Shown piece by piece: positions 18,176 to 25,658 of a stretch of 32,000 nt of DNA. The first letter of the stretch is position 1. Each line of letters begins with the position of its first letter. Origin of the DNA: Candidatus Saccharimonas aalborgensis. Lineage in GTDB: Bacteria; Patescibacteriota; Saccharimonadia; Saccharimonadales; Saccharimonadaceae. The position numbers and the translations under genes were made by a program. The notes under the pieces are model-generated. The model had not been told where the DNA came from. It saw only the letters and a program-made list of their open reading frames with translations, and did no database searches. Where the stretch lies: assembly GCF_000392435.1 (NCBI RefSeq), contig NC_021219.1, positions 960,001 through 992,000 on the forward strand, read 5' to 3'.

Positions 18176-18577
18176 TTAGCGTTTTGAGTATTGCTCGCGT
18201 TTGCGGGCACTGCGAAGGCCGTATTTCTTGCGTTCCTTTTCGCGAGGATCGCGCTTCATGAAGCCGGCTTTTTTGAGAACACTACGGAGATCGGGTGCAC
18301 CGACAGTGATCGCTTTTGCGATGGCAACTTTGATCGCGTCAACTTGGCCGCTGAGGCCGCCGCCGCTTACTTTGATGGTCACGTCGAAGTCCTGTTGTTT
18401 ACCGGCGACCGCGAGTGGATCGGTTACTTCTGCCATCATTGCTTTGTTGCCGCTCAGGTACTCAAGAGCTGGTTTATCGTTGATAACGATAGCTCCTTTG
18501 CCCTTTACAAGCCGTGCGCGCGCTGTTGCGCTTTTACGGCGACCGAGGCCATAGTCATATTTCTTGGTTTCAGCCAT
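18176..18577 (-). CDS. rpsI: 30S ribosomal protein S9
   Basis: 133 aa ending ...RKREQYSKR. Start overlaps the rplM stop (TAATG). Confidence 0.95.
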   Translation of the reverse strand: MAETKKYDYGLGRRKSATARARLVKGKGAIVINDKPALEYLSGNKAMMAEVTDPLAVAGKQQDFDVTIKVSGGGLSGQVDAIKVAIAKAITVGAPDLRSVLKKAGFMKRDPREKERKKYGLRSARKREQYSKR

Positions 18578-19008
18578 TATCGTACCTCAACTTTCTCTGG
18601 TTTTTGCGCCTCATGGGTGTGCTCGCTTCCACTAAACACACGCAGTCGCGCCATACGTTCAGGAGAGAGCTTATTCTTGGGGAGCATGCCACGGACGGCA
18701 TTCTCGATAATCCTCTCGGGAAACTTTTCACGAACTTCCTTGAGCTGTGCATCTTTGATACCACCGGGGAAACCACTGTGACGATAGTAAATCTTATCAG
18801 TCTCTTTTTCGCCAGTGACAACAGTGTCTTTGGCGTTGATGACGATTACGTAGTCGCCACCGTCAACGTGGGGCGTATAGGTGGGTTTGTACTTGCCAAT
18901 GAGGTACTTTGCCACTTCTGTTGCAACACGTCCCAATGGTGCAGACGTTGCATCGATCAGAATCCAGCGCCTCGTGACATCGGCAGGTTTTTGGATAAAG
19001 GTTTTCAT
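18577..19008 (-). CDS. rplM: 50S ribosomal protein L13
   Basis: 143 aa. MKTFIQKPADVTRRWILIDA... is the canonical L13 N-terminus. Confidence 0.95.
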   Translation of the reverse strand: MKTFIQKPADVTRRWILIDATSAPLGRVATEVAKYLIGKYKPTYTPHVDGGDYVIVINAKDTVVTGEKETDKIYYRHSGFPGGIKDAQLKEVREKFPERIIENAVRGMLPKNKLSPERMARLRVFSGSEHTHEAQKPEKVEVR

Positions 19009-19404
19009 TTATTTTGCCTCCTTTTCAGGTTTTGGCATGGCTTTGAGCGTGTCAACAAACTCGATTGAGGCCATTTGTGTGCCGTCGCCGACGCGAATGC
19101 GCGTGCGGGAGACGCGGACGTGACCACTTGTGCGACCGCTTAACTGTGGTGCAATTTGGTCTACCAATTTGCTAGCAGCAGCTTGTGTGCTGAGACCAGC
19201 AATAACTTGACGTCGATTCGCCAGATCACCACGCTTTGCTTTGGTGATGAGTTTTTCGATATAGCGTACGAGTTCCTTGGCCTTGGGGAGGGTCGTTTCG
19301 ATCTTTTCCTCCATCACCAAACTTGTGGCGAGGCCGCGGATAAGCGCACGACGCTGGTCAGTTTCTCTGGCCAACTTGCGTCCTTTGTATCCGTGTCGAT
19401 GCAT
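19009..19404 (-). CDS. rplQ: 50S ribosomal protein L17
   Basis: 131 aa. MHRHGYKGRKLARETDQRRALIRGLATSL. Confidence 0.95.
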   Translation of the reverse strand: MHRHGYKGRKLARETDQRRALIRGLATSLVMEEKIETTLPKAKELVRYIEKLITKAKRGDLANRRQVIAGLSTQAAASKLVDQIAPQLSGRTSGHVRVSRTRIRVGDGTQMASIEFVDTLKAMPKPEKEAK

Positions 19405-20328
19405 TTAGAGCTCCAATTCTGCCAATTTATCTTTGACTTCATCGAGGGCTTTGCTACCAAAGCCCTTGAGATCACGCAAATCTTGTTCACTGAGAGTGAC
19501 TAGGTCATGCACAGTACGAATCTCGTTGTTGATAAGTGCATTGGCAGTGCGAGCGCTGAGGCCCAATTCCTCGATTGGCGTATTGAGCTCACCCTCGTCA
19601 TCTTCCTTTTGGGTACCAAGTGCTGGTGCTGACTCAACAGTGGTGCTACCGGCAAGTGCGGTGTATTGGTTAACCAGAATCGCATTTGCTTCCTCGAAGG
19701 CAGCTTGAGGGCTAATGCTTCCATCAGTCTCAATTGTAATTTCGAGTCGATTAAGGTTTGTCTCTTGTCCAACACGAGTCGCCTCAACCTTAAATCGAAC
19801 GCGTGTTACCGGGCTAAACATGGCATCAATCGCAATCATATCGCTGTGGAGGCGATTTTTGCTCGATGCTTCCATGTCGTAGTAGCCACGGCCTGCTTCG
19901 ACGACAAGATCGATGACAATCGATTTCTTAGGATCGTCAATGGTGCAGATAACATGATCGGGATTGATGACCTCAACATCTGCAGACGTCTTGATGTCAC
20001 CAGCTACAACTGGGCCTGAGCCTTTTTTCTCAAGGCGAAGTTCGACAGGATCATCTGTCTCAACTTTCAGCTTGACGCCTTTGAGGTTGAGCATGATATC
20101 GACGACATCTTCTTTGACCCCAGGAATCGTCGCAAATTCATGGGTGACGCCTTCGATACGAAATGCAACGATTGCTGCACCGCGGATACTCGAAAGCAAG
20201 ACGCGGCGAATGCTATTGCCTAGCGTATCGCCGTAACCAGCATGCAGCGGCTCGATAACAAAACTAGAAGTATTGTCGCCAGATGGCGTAACACGAGCGA
20301 GTGCTGGATTGTGAATAACTTTTGACAT
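19405..20328 (-). CDS. rpoA: DNA-directed RNA polymerase subunit alpha
   Basis: 307 aa. N-terminal domain EPLHAGYGDTLGNSIRRVLLSS and C-terminal domain LGLSARTANALINNEIRTVHDL. Confidence 0.95.
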   Translation of the reverse strand: MSKVIHNPALARVTPSGDNTSSFVIEPLHAGYGDTLGNSIRRVLLSSIRGAAIVAFRIEGVTHEFATIPGVKEDVVDIMLNLKGVKLKVETDDPVELRLEKKGSGPVVAGDIKTSADVEVINPDHVICTIDDPKKSIVIDLVVEAGRGYYDMEASSKNRLHSDMIAIDAMFSPVTRVRFKVEATRVGQETNLNRLEITIETDGSISPQAAFEEANAILVNQYTALAGSTTVESAPALGTQKEDDEGELNTPIEELGLSARTANALINNEIRTVHDLVTLSEQDLRDLKGFGSKALDEVKDKLAELEL

Positions 20329-20349
20329 AGATAGTTCTCCTTACCCTTT

Positions 20350-20967
20350 TTAGCGTGAGTAGTACTCGACGATGAGCTGTTCGTTGATATCGGCCTCTGC
20401 TTCTTCGCGCTTTGGCAATCCAGTGACCTGGATGGTGAGTTTCTTTACATCGCCTTTGAGCCAGCTGAGCGGCACTTGGGCGGTGTTACCATAAACATCA
20501 TTGATCTGAGAGAAATACCCAGACTTGGTACTTTTGGGACGCACAGTGAGCACATCGCCTGCTTTGAGACGGATCGATGGAATATCGACGCGTCGATCAT
20601 TGAGGAGAAAGTGGCCGTGGCTCACAAGTTGTCTTGCGGCGCGGCGACTAGTTGCAAATCCCGCACGGTAAACCGCGTTATCAAGACGTAGTTCGAGGAA
20701 CTGAAGTAGGTTTTCGCCGCTGAGACCTGGTCGCTTTGAGGCTTCACTCATGAGTTTTGCAAATTGCTTCTCCAGGAGTCCATACATACGACGAACTTTC
20801 TGCTTCTCGCGAAGTTGGGTTGCGTACATGCTTTGTTTGCCCTGACGGCCTCCGGCGTGCTGACCGGGAATGCCACTTTTGCGTGCCATAATCTTGTGTG
20901 CTTTTGGATGCAGTGCGACGCCTTCTCGGCGGCTCTGCTTGACAATAGGACTTCGATCACGTGCCAT
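20350..20967 (-). CDS. rpsD: 30S ribosomal protein S4
   Basis: The track ORF extends to 21015. MARDRSPIVKQSRREG at 20967 has AAGGAGGG upstream and abuts the rpsK stop. Confidence 0.93.
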   Translation of the reverse strand: MARDRSPIVKQSRREGVALHPKAHKIMARKSGIPGQHAGGRQGKQSMYATQLREKQKVRRMYGLLEKQFAKLMSEASKRPGLSGENLLQFLELRLDNAVYRAGFATSRRAARQLVSHGHFLLNDRRVDIPSIRLKAGDVLTVRPKSTKSGYFSQINDVYGNTAQVPLSWLKGDVKKLTIQVTGLPKREEAEADINEQLIVEYYSR

Positions 20968-20968
20968 A

Positions 20969-21376
20969 TTATGCCCTCCTTGCCTTTCGTGGACGAACAC
21001 CGCCATGCGGTACACCCGTCACATCTTTGATGCTATTGACTGAAATGTCGTAGTTGCCAAGGGTACGAATCGCTGCATCGCGACCGAGCCCGACACCTTT
21101 GACGAAAACATCGACTGAGGAAAGGCCATAGCCACTCTTAGCTGCCTCAGCAGCTTTTTCGGCAGCAACTTGGCTGGCGTAGGCGGTGCCTTTTTTGCTC
21201 CCACGGAACCCACATGCTCCTGCGCTGCTGGTTGCCAAAACATTTCCCTTGTTGTCAGCAAACGTCACAATTGTATTGTTAAAGGTTGCTTGAATATGCA
21301 ACTGACCGGTCGGAACTGATCGGCGTTGCTTTTTTTTGCTGCTGGCGGTCTTGCCAGTGACTGCTGTCTCTGCCAT
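20969..21376 (-). CDS. rpsK: 30S ribosomal protein S11
   Basis: 135 aa. HIQATFNNTIVTFADNKGNVLATSSAG... PHGGVRPRKARR. Confidence 0.95.
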   Translation of the reverse strand: MAETAVTGKTASSKKKQRRSVPTGQLHIQATFNNTIVTFADNKGNVLATSSAGACGFRGSKKGTAYASQVAAEKAAEAAKSGYGLSSVDVFVKGVGLGRDAAIRTLGNYDISVNSIKDVTGVPHGGVRPRKARRA

Positions 21377-21394
21377 ATCTTTGCTCCTTCCTGA

Positions 21395-21781
21395 TTAGGT
21401 CTTACTTGCTGCTTTAGGTTGTGCGCCACCAACTGCTACTGCTCTACCCTTACGAGTTCGTGCGTTCGTACGAGTACGTTGACCACGTGTAGGGAGGCCA
21501 GCTTTGTGCCTGAGGCCTCGATACGCATTGATGTCTTTGAGACGCTTGATATTGTTTGTCACCTGGCGCTGGAGGTCACCCTCGGTGGTATAATCGTTGC
21601 CGATAATATCCCGAATACGTCGTTCTTCAGCCTCGGTGAGATCTTTCACCCGAGTGGTCGGCTCAATCTTAGCCGCCGCAAGGATGTCTCGAGAGTACTT
21701 GGGGCCAATGCCGTAGATATACGTCAATGCCACATGTACTTGCTTCTCTGCGGGTATAACTACCCCAGCAATTCGAGCCAT
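21395..21781 (-). CDS. rpsM: 30S ribosomal protein S13
   Basis: 128 aa. [26 protein letters not shown]. Confidence 0.95.
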   Translation of the reverse strand: MARIAGVVIPAEKQVHVALTYIYGIGPKYSRDILAAAKIEPTTRVKDLTEAEERRIRDIIGNDYTTEGDLQRQVTNNIKRLKDINAYRGLRHKAGLPTRGQRTRTNARTRKGRAVAVGGAQPKAASKT

Positions 21782-21783
21782 GC

Positions 21784-21900
21784 TTAACCCTGCCTTTGCT
21801 TATTCTTAGGTTTTTTCTTGTTGATGACACGGAGACGACCTTTGCGCCGAACCAGCTGATCATCAGGGCTGATTTTTTTGACACTCGCACGAACTTTCAT
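21784..21900 (-). CDS. rpmJ: 50S ribosomal protein L36 (Cys-less form)
   Basis: Not in the track (38 aa). My translation is [45 protein letters not shown] lies 11 nt upstream. Confidence 0.9.
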   Translation of the reverse strand: MKVRASVKKISPDDQLVRRKGRLRVINKKKPKNKQRQG

Positions 21901-21978
21901 GAGCGTACAAATCTCCTCCAGGAAAAACCTGTATTAGAGAGAAATCAAGTGATATCGTCTCAACTTCTCGGTTATTAT

Positions 21979-22203
21979 TTAATCACGTGCGCGGAAAACG
22001 ATTCTGCCCTTTGTGAGATCATAAGGGGTTAGCTCGACTTCCACGATATCGCCCGGTACCAGACGGATATAATGCTTGCGCATCTTGCCGCTAATATGAG
22101 CGATGATACTTAGGCCGTTTTCCAATTCCACCCTAAACTGAGTATTAGGCAGTGCTTCCACCACCTTGCCTCGCAGTTTAATAACTTCTTTGGTACTCGC
22201 CAT
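21979..22203 (-). CDS. infA: translation initiation factor IF-1
   Basis: 74 aa. [60 protein letters not shown]. Confidence 0.95.
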   Translation of the reverse strand: MASTKEVIKLRGKVVEALPNTQFRVELENGLSIIAHISGKMRKHYIRLVPGDIVEVELTPYDLTKGRIVFRARD

Positions 22204-22219
22204 AGATATACAGCATTTT

Positions 22220-22248
22220 ATTATACGGTATCATATGACAAAAGTAAA
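22220..22248 (-). promoter_or_regulatory. candidate promoter for infA-rpmJ-rpsM...
   Basis: The - strand reads TTTACT (22248-22243), 17-nt spacer, TATAAT (22225-22220). Lies 16 nt upstream of the infA ATG. Confidence 0.5.
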
Positions 22249-22305
22249 CAGATTTAACAGAGAATCGCGGTATAGTTAGTCTACCGCAACTAAATTGATA
22301 GTTTT

Positions 22306-22333
22306 ATTGTAGCGAATATCGTTCGTGAGTCAA
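22306..22333 (-). promoter_or_regulatory. second candidate - strand promoter, divergent from the 22353 promoter
   Basis: The - strand reads TTGACT (22333-22328), 16-nt spacer, TACAAT (22311-22306). Its -35 box and the + strand -35 box form the inverted repeat agtcaagt...acttgact. Confidence 0.4.
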
Positions 22334-22352
22334 GTCAAAAGAGTGAGGATAC

Positions 22353-22381
22353 TTGACTTTTATATAAATATAGTGTAAAAT
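22353..22381 (+). promoter_or_regulatory. near-consensus promoter of G+C-rich unit A
   Basis: TTGACT (22353-22358), 17-nt spacer, TAAAAT (22376-22381), in AT-rich DNA. Confidence 0.6.
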
Positions 22382-22434
22382 AGTACACGAGTCCATTGTA
22401 GTTTGACAACCCCAACCCCCTGAAAGGATACCTG

Positions 22435-22785
22435 ATGGGAAAGAGATGGCCTGGCATGGGTCGCCTGCGCGCAAAGCGCAAAGCGACTGCCCAGCTCGCC
22501 GCTGCTAAGGCAGCGGCGGCGGTGAGGGCTCAGGAGGTCGTGAACGACCTCCTGTATCCCCACCAACGGGAGCACGGTACTTCGCTTCTCGAGCGGCTGC
22601 ACCCAGAGCCGCTCGACGTGTCGGATCACTCCGGCACGCCCAACCCTCGACGTCGTGTGCGCCATCGGGCAGACCGTCGGCGACGGCTGCCCGAGGCGCT
22701 TGTCACCGAGCGGCCCTGCGCCGCTCGCGGCCACCACCGTGGCTGCGAGTGTGCTGACTACGTCTGGGAGCCGCTTCACGCATGA
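22435..22785 (+). CDS. orphan G+C-rich ORF A (116 aa, Arg/Ala-rich); coding status uncertain
   Basis: AAAGGA lies 7 nt before the ATG. Hand-counted GC1/GC2/GC3 is about 79/55/72%. The codon-aligned antisense ORF (22360-22779) is also open. I recognise no motif. Confidence 0.4.
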   Translation: MGKRWPGMGRLRAKRKATAQLAAAKAAAAVRAQEVVNDLLYPHQREHGTSLLERLHPEPLDVSDHSGTPNPRRRVRHRADRRRRLPEALVTERPCAARGHHRGCECADYVWEPLHA

Positions 22786-22813
22786 AGCGTGCTCCCGACA
22801 CCTACAATGGATT

Positions 22814-22850
22814 GGCCCTTACTGCACTCGCGGTAGGGGCCTTTCCTTTG
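22814..22850 (+). terminator. intrinsic terminator of unit A, convergent on the secY 3' end
   Basis: ggcccttac-N10-gtaggggcc (9 bp including one G-U) followed by tttcctttg. Ends 18 nt before the secY stop. Confidence 0.55.
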
Positions 22851-22867
22851 CAGCTACTTTCGAAATA

Positions 22868-24277
22868 TTATTTGTAATCGTCGTACGTCACCATGAGGGC
22901 GCGTGAGTTGACCTGTCGCAGAGTTTCGAGCCCCACTGTCACGACGATGAGAAGACCCGTGCCTCCAATCGCCAAATTGGCAGCGTTGAGCCCTAGTTTG
23001 ACAAAGACATACTCAATGATGAATGGCATCACGGAGATAAAGCCGAGAGCAATAGAACCAAACAGAATTAAGCGATTGACCGTCCGTCCCAGATATTTTT
23101 CGGTCTGAATCCCCGGACGCACTCCCTCGATGAAGCCACCTTGCTTTTGCAGGTTTTCGGCAATCTCATTTGAATTAAAGACGATGCCCGTATAGAAGTA
23201 CGTAAACAATATTACGAGGAGGAAATAGGCAGCCGGATAGATAAATACGCCCAGATCACCACTTGCAAAGGACTGGGCGTTTGGTGCCTGGAACCACTTG
23301 ATAAGATCGGCGCTCAGCTGAGTATACGAGGGGTTATTGGTTGCTTTGAGCACTTGACCTGCAAAGGCAGGGAGGCTGAGAAACGCGACCGCAAAAATCA
23401 CCGGGATAACACCCGCAGCAATGAGCTTGACGGGGAGGATGCTTTTGATACCGCCGTAACTCGTATTGCCAGCGACACGTTTGGCGTAGTTGATAGTGAT
23501 GATACGCTGAGCTTCATTGATTTTAACGAGGAAATACAATATAAAGAGCGATAAAAGACCGATAACAAGTGCTACCCAAAACGCCGTCGGGCTCACCGGT
23601 AGGTCAAACCAGCCAAAGACGCTTAACTTTCCTGCCGTTGTGTCCAATAGCGAGGCGATGACCGTACTGAGGGTTGCTGGTAGCTGACTGATGATACCGG
23701 CAAAAATAATGAGTGAAATACCATTACCAATACCTTGCTCAGTGATGAGCTCTCCTAGCCACATGAGGAGAATGGAACCGGCGGTCATAGCAGTGACGGC
23801 TACTATCCACTCTGTTGGTGTGGTCGTGACAGTACCGGCAGTACTGCCTGCAAGAACTGACTGGCGCAGAATATAGATAATTGCAACAGACTGAATGACT
23901 GCGAGTGGTACGGAGATGATACGCGTCCACTGGTTTATCTTGCGACGGCCAGATTCACCATCCTTATGGAGTTCTTCTAGCTTTGGGATTGCTTTTGTGA
24001 GCAACTGGGTGATGACGCTGGCAGTGATAAACGGACTCATTCCGACCAGGACGATAGACAACTGGCTGAGTGCACCACCGCTCATAAGGTTGAGGAATCC
24101 GCCGAAGTCACTTGAGCCGATCACCGTATCAATGATACTCTTTAGCTTACTCGGTTCAGCAATGGGCACAGGGATATGCGACATGAAACGAAACGCGACG
24201 ATCAGTCCAAAGACGATCAAGAGGCGTTTTTGCATATCACGGTTTTTGAGTGATCGAAGGATAATTTTCCAATTCAT
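22868..24277 (-). CDS. secY: preprotein translocase subunit SecY
   Basis: 469 aa, 10-TM pattern. LNLMSGGALSQLSIVLVGMSPFITASVITQLL and GELITEQGIGNGISLIIFAGI. Confidence 0.95.
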   Translation of the reverse strand: MNWKIILRSLKNRDMQKRLLIVFGLIVAFRFMSHIPVPIAEPSKLKSIIDTVIGSSDFGGFLNLMSGGALSQLSIVLVGMSPFITASVITQLLTKAIPKLEELHKDGESGRRKINQWTRIISVPLAVIQSVAIIYILRQSVLAGSTAGTVTTTPTEWIVAVTAMTAGSILLMWLGELITEQGIGNGISLIIFAGIISQLPATLSTVIASLLDTTAGKLSVFGWFDLPVSPTAFWVALVIGLLSLFILYFLVKINEAQRIITINYAKRVAGNTSYGGIKSILPVKLIAAGVIPVIFAVAFLSLPAFAGQVLKATNNPSYTQLSADLIKWFQAPNAQSFASGDLGVFIYPAAYFLLVILFTYFYTGIVFNSNEIAENLQKQGGFIEGVRPGIQTEKYLGRTVNRLILFGSIALGFISVMPFIIEYVFVKLGLNAANLAIGGTGLLIVVTVGLETLRQVNSRALMVTYDDYK

Positions 24278-24376
24278 ACGGAGTAATTCTGCCTGTTTTC
24301 TGTGCGTTAGATGATACTACTTTACCTACAGTATACAGGACATGTTGCTGCGGTGCTAGCGGATTGTGCCGGATAC

Positions 24377-24405
24377 TTGTACGACATGACGATCTGTTGT
24401 ATAAT
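24377..24405 (+). promoter_or_regulatory. near-consensus promoter of G+C-rich unit B, divergent from secY
   Basis: TTGTAC (24377-24382), 17-nt spacer, TATAAT (24400-24405). Confidence 0.6.
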
Positions 24406-24443
24406 ATGGTTATTGATAGCATTCGTGGGCATGCTTGATCATT

Positions 24444-24458
24444 GACAAGCAAGCATGT
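24444..24458. repeat. left arm of a perfect 15-bp inverted repeat bracketing ORF B
   Basis: gacaagcaagcatgt is the exact reverse complement of 25084-25098. It also forms a local hairpin with catgcttg at 24430-24437. Confidence 0.8.
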
Positions 24459-24548
24459 AGCCTACGGTGCTCCTACGAACTCCTAGCTCACTCGAGCTGG
24501 TGAGAAAAAGACCCTATCAAGACGGGTCACTATGGAAGGAGTTGCCTC

Positions 24549-25004
24549 TTGCCCAAGAAGGTCAAGAATCTGTTCGGTAAGACATTCGGCTACGAAGGAG
24601 GTGTGGTCAACTTTGACGGACATATGGGCATGTTCGTCGGCGACGACAACGAACCCTTCGCCGGACGTGAGGGTGAGCAGGTGGTTCCGTACCCCATTGT
24701 TCCTCCTGCCGGGGAATCGTCGGCTCGTCGGGCACTCGTCGAGCTGGTGAACCAGACGCTTGCGTCGAGGTACGGTTCCAAGTTGGATGGAATCATCGTC
24801 AGCCCACGGATGGCACGAAACCTCTTCCTCGAGGGGCTGATCACGCCGGTCCATCTGGCTGCGGCCATCGAAGAGGCATTCGAGGGAGACCTCGTTCTCG
24901 TCATCCCGGATGTCAACATCGCTGGGCACCTCCTGTACATCGAGGTCGACAGCAACGCCGCGGTGAACTCATTCGCCATCGACCGAAAGGGGTATCTGAT
25001 CTGA
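24549..25004 (+). CDS. orphan G+C-rich ORF B (151 aa), unknown function
   Basis: TTG start with GGAAGGAG (24534-24541) 7 nt upstream. Third codon positions are mostly G/C. Balanced, globular-looking composition. I recognise no motif. Confidence 0.6.
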   Translation: MPKKVKNLFGKTFGYEGGVVNFDGHMGMFVGDDNEPFAGREGEQVVPYPIVPPAGESSARRALVELVNQTLASRYGSKLDGIIVSPRMARNLFLEGLITPVHLAAAIEEAFEGDLVLVIPDVNIAGHLLYIEVDSNAAVNSFAIDRKGYLI

Positions 25005-25023
25005 TGTCGATCCGATCGATGAC

Positions 25024-25057
25024 GAGGGGCGGCGTAGCAGTTTTTGCGCCGCCCCTC
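25024..25057 (+). terminator. 11-bp G+C hairpin after ORF B (no U-tail)
   Basis: gaggggcggcg-N12-cgccgcccctc, a perfect stem. A second small hairpin with a T-rich tail lies at 25104-25125. Confidence 0.4.
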
Positions 25058-25083
25058 AGGGGGGTCTCCGTTACCATCGCTAC

Positions 25084-25098
25084 ACATGCTTGCTTGTC
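25084..25098. repeat. right arm of the perfect 15-bp inverted repeat
   Basis: acatgcttgcttgtc is the reverse complement of 24444-24458. Confidence 0.8.
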
Positions 25099-25134
25099 GC
25101 AATACCCCATAAAGGGGTTTTATTTATATCGTTT

Positions 25135-25569
25135 CTACGCAGCTTGTTCGGAAGCGCGACGAAACACGAGCACTGTATCTGCTTGTGCATCTCGATCTTT
25201 GCGCACAATGGGTAGGGGTAGCTCACCAGCGATCTCTTTGAGTGCTCCCGCAAGAAATAAATCTAAGTCCATTGTTCCTGAAGCAATCTGACGCCACCCT
25301 GTCTCGGAGACAACAACTTTCCCATCGAGGAAGTCTATAAGTTTCTCTGGCAAAAAGCCCTCTATTGCGCCGATAGTCTCGTCGCTCACCGTCCAACCTG
25401 CATCTCTGGCCAGATGCTCTAGGCGCCCCACCTGTGCGCCAATGAACTGCCTGCGGAGATTTCCGTACCCCTCGCGAATGGCACGTGCTAGTCGCTCACG
25501 ACCAGCTTGCTCGTAGTTGCGCCGATGTTCATTCCAATCGATCGCTATTTCGGGTACGCGTGGCATCAT
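25135..25569 (-). CDS. orphan 144-aa protein between rplO and secY
   Basis: GGAGGACAG lies directly upstream of ATGATG. It sits downstream of the rplO terminator. I recognise no motif. Confidence 0.6.
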   Translation of the reverse strand: MMPRVPEIAIDWNEHRRNYEQAGRERLARAIREGYGNLRRQFIGAQVGRLEHLARDAGWTVSDETIGAIEGFLPEKLIDFLDGKVVVSETGWRQIASGTMDLDLFLAGALKEIAGELPLPIVRKDRDAQADTVLVFRRASEQAA

Positions 25570-25626
25570 CTGTCCTCCAGTTTAGCTACTAACAAACTAT
25601 AGCATGCTTTGTCACACCATCTATAA

Positions 25627-25658
25627 CAAAAGTATGCGCCAATACTGCGCATACTTTT
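25627..25658 (-). terminator. intrinsic terminator immediately after rplO
   Basis: agtatgcgc-caatact-gcgcatact, a 9-bp stem extended by A/T pairs. The - strand tail is UUUUGUUAU. Lies 23 nt after the rplO stop. Confidence 0.65.

Larger units (their letters stand above)
22388..22850 (+). ncRNA. candidate ~460-nt highly structured RNA (unit A transcript)
   Basis: The predicted 5' end (tccattgtag, 22392-22401) is complementary to 22802-22811, just before the terminator. There are 8 internal near-perfect hairpins of 8-13 bp. About 67% G+C by hand count. Confidence 0.35.

Noticed and set aside
18191-19123. Long + strand ORFs antisense to r-protein genes (18191-18781, 18514-19068). The same applies to 26341-26931, 30967-31458, 19666-20019 and 21419-21787.
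   Set aside because: They lie opposite strongly supported ribosomal protein genes, have no SD and have low-complexity sequences.
22360-22779. 139-aa - strand ORF antisense to ORF A, sitting where adk would normally be
   Set aside because: It has no SD and runs on through the AT-rich promoter region to 22360. It has no adenylate kinase P-loop (GxPGxGKGT). It is the codon-aligned mirror of ORF A, as expected for palindrome-rich G+C-rich DNA. Not fully excluded: its GC3 would be slightly higher than that of ORF A.
22392-22811. 10-bp inverted repeat tccattgtag/ctacaatgga as a mobile-element terminal inverted repeat
   Set aside because: A 10-mer inverted repeat within 500 nt is expected about 15 times by chance in 32 kb by my rough estimate, so it is not significant alone. 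I keep it only as a possible RNA closing helix, because of its position at the predicted 5' end and just before the terminator.
22388-22850. Unit A as a known housekeeping RNA (RNase P, tmRNA, 6S, SRP) or a retron msr/msd
   Set aside because: None of the expected features are present: RNase P P4 motifs (GAGGAAAGUCC, ACAGAA..GGCUUA), a tRNA-like T arm/ACCA end for tmRNA, or a reverse transcriptase gene nearby for a retron. The hairpin at 22766-22796 only superficially resembles group II domain V (wrong loop and stem lengths).
24483-25110. Overlapping ORFs in unit B (24483-24929 -, 24590-25102 -, 24532-24750 +, 24913-25110 -, 25004-25291 +)
   Set aside because: These are typical spurious open frames in G+C-rich DNA. 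They are Arg/Ser/Pro-rich, lack an SD and overlap the better-supported ORF B, which has an SD, G/C-rich third positions and balanced composition.
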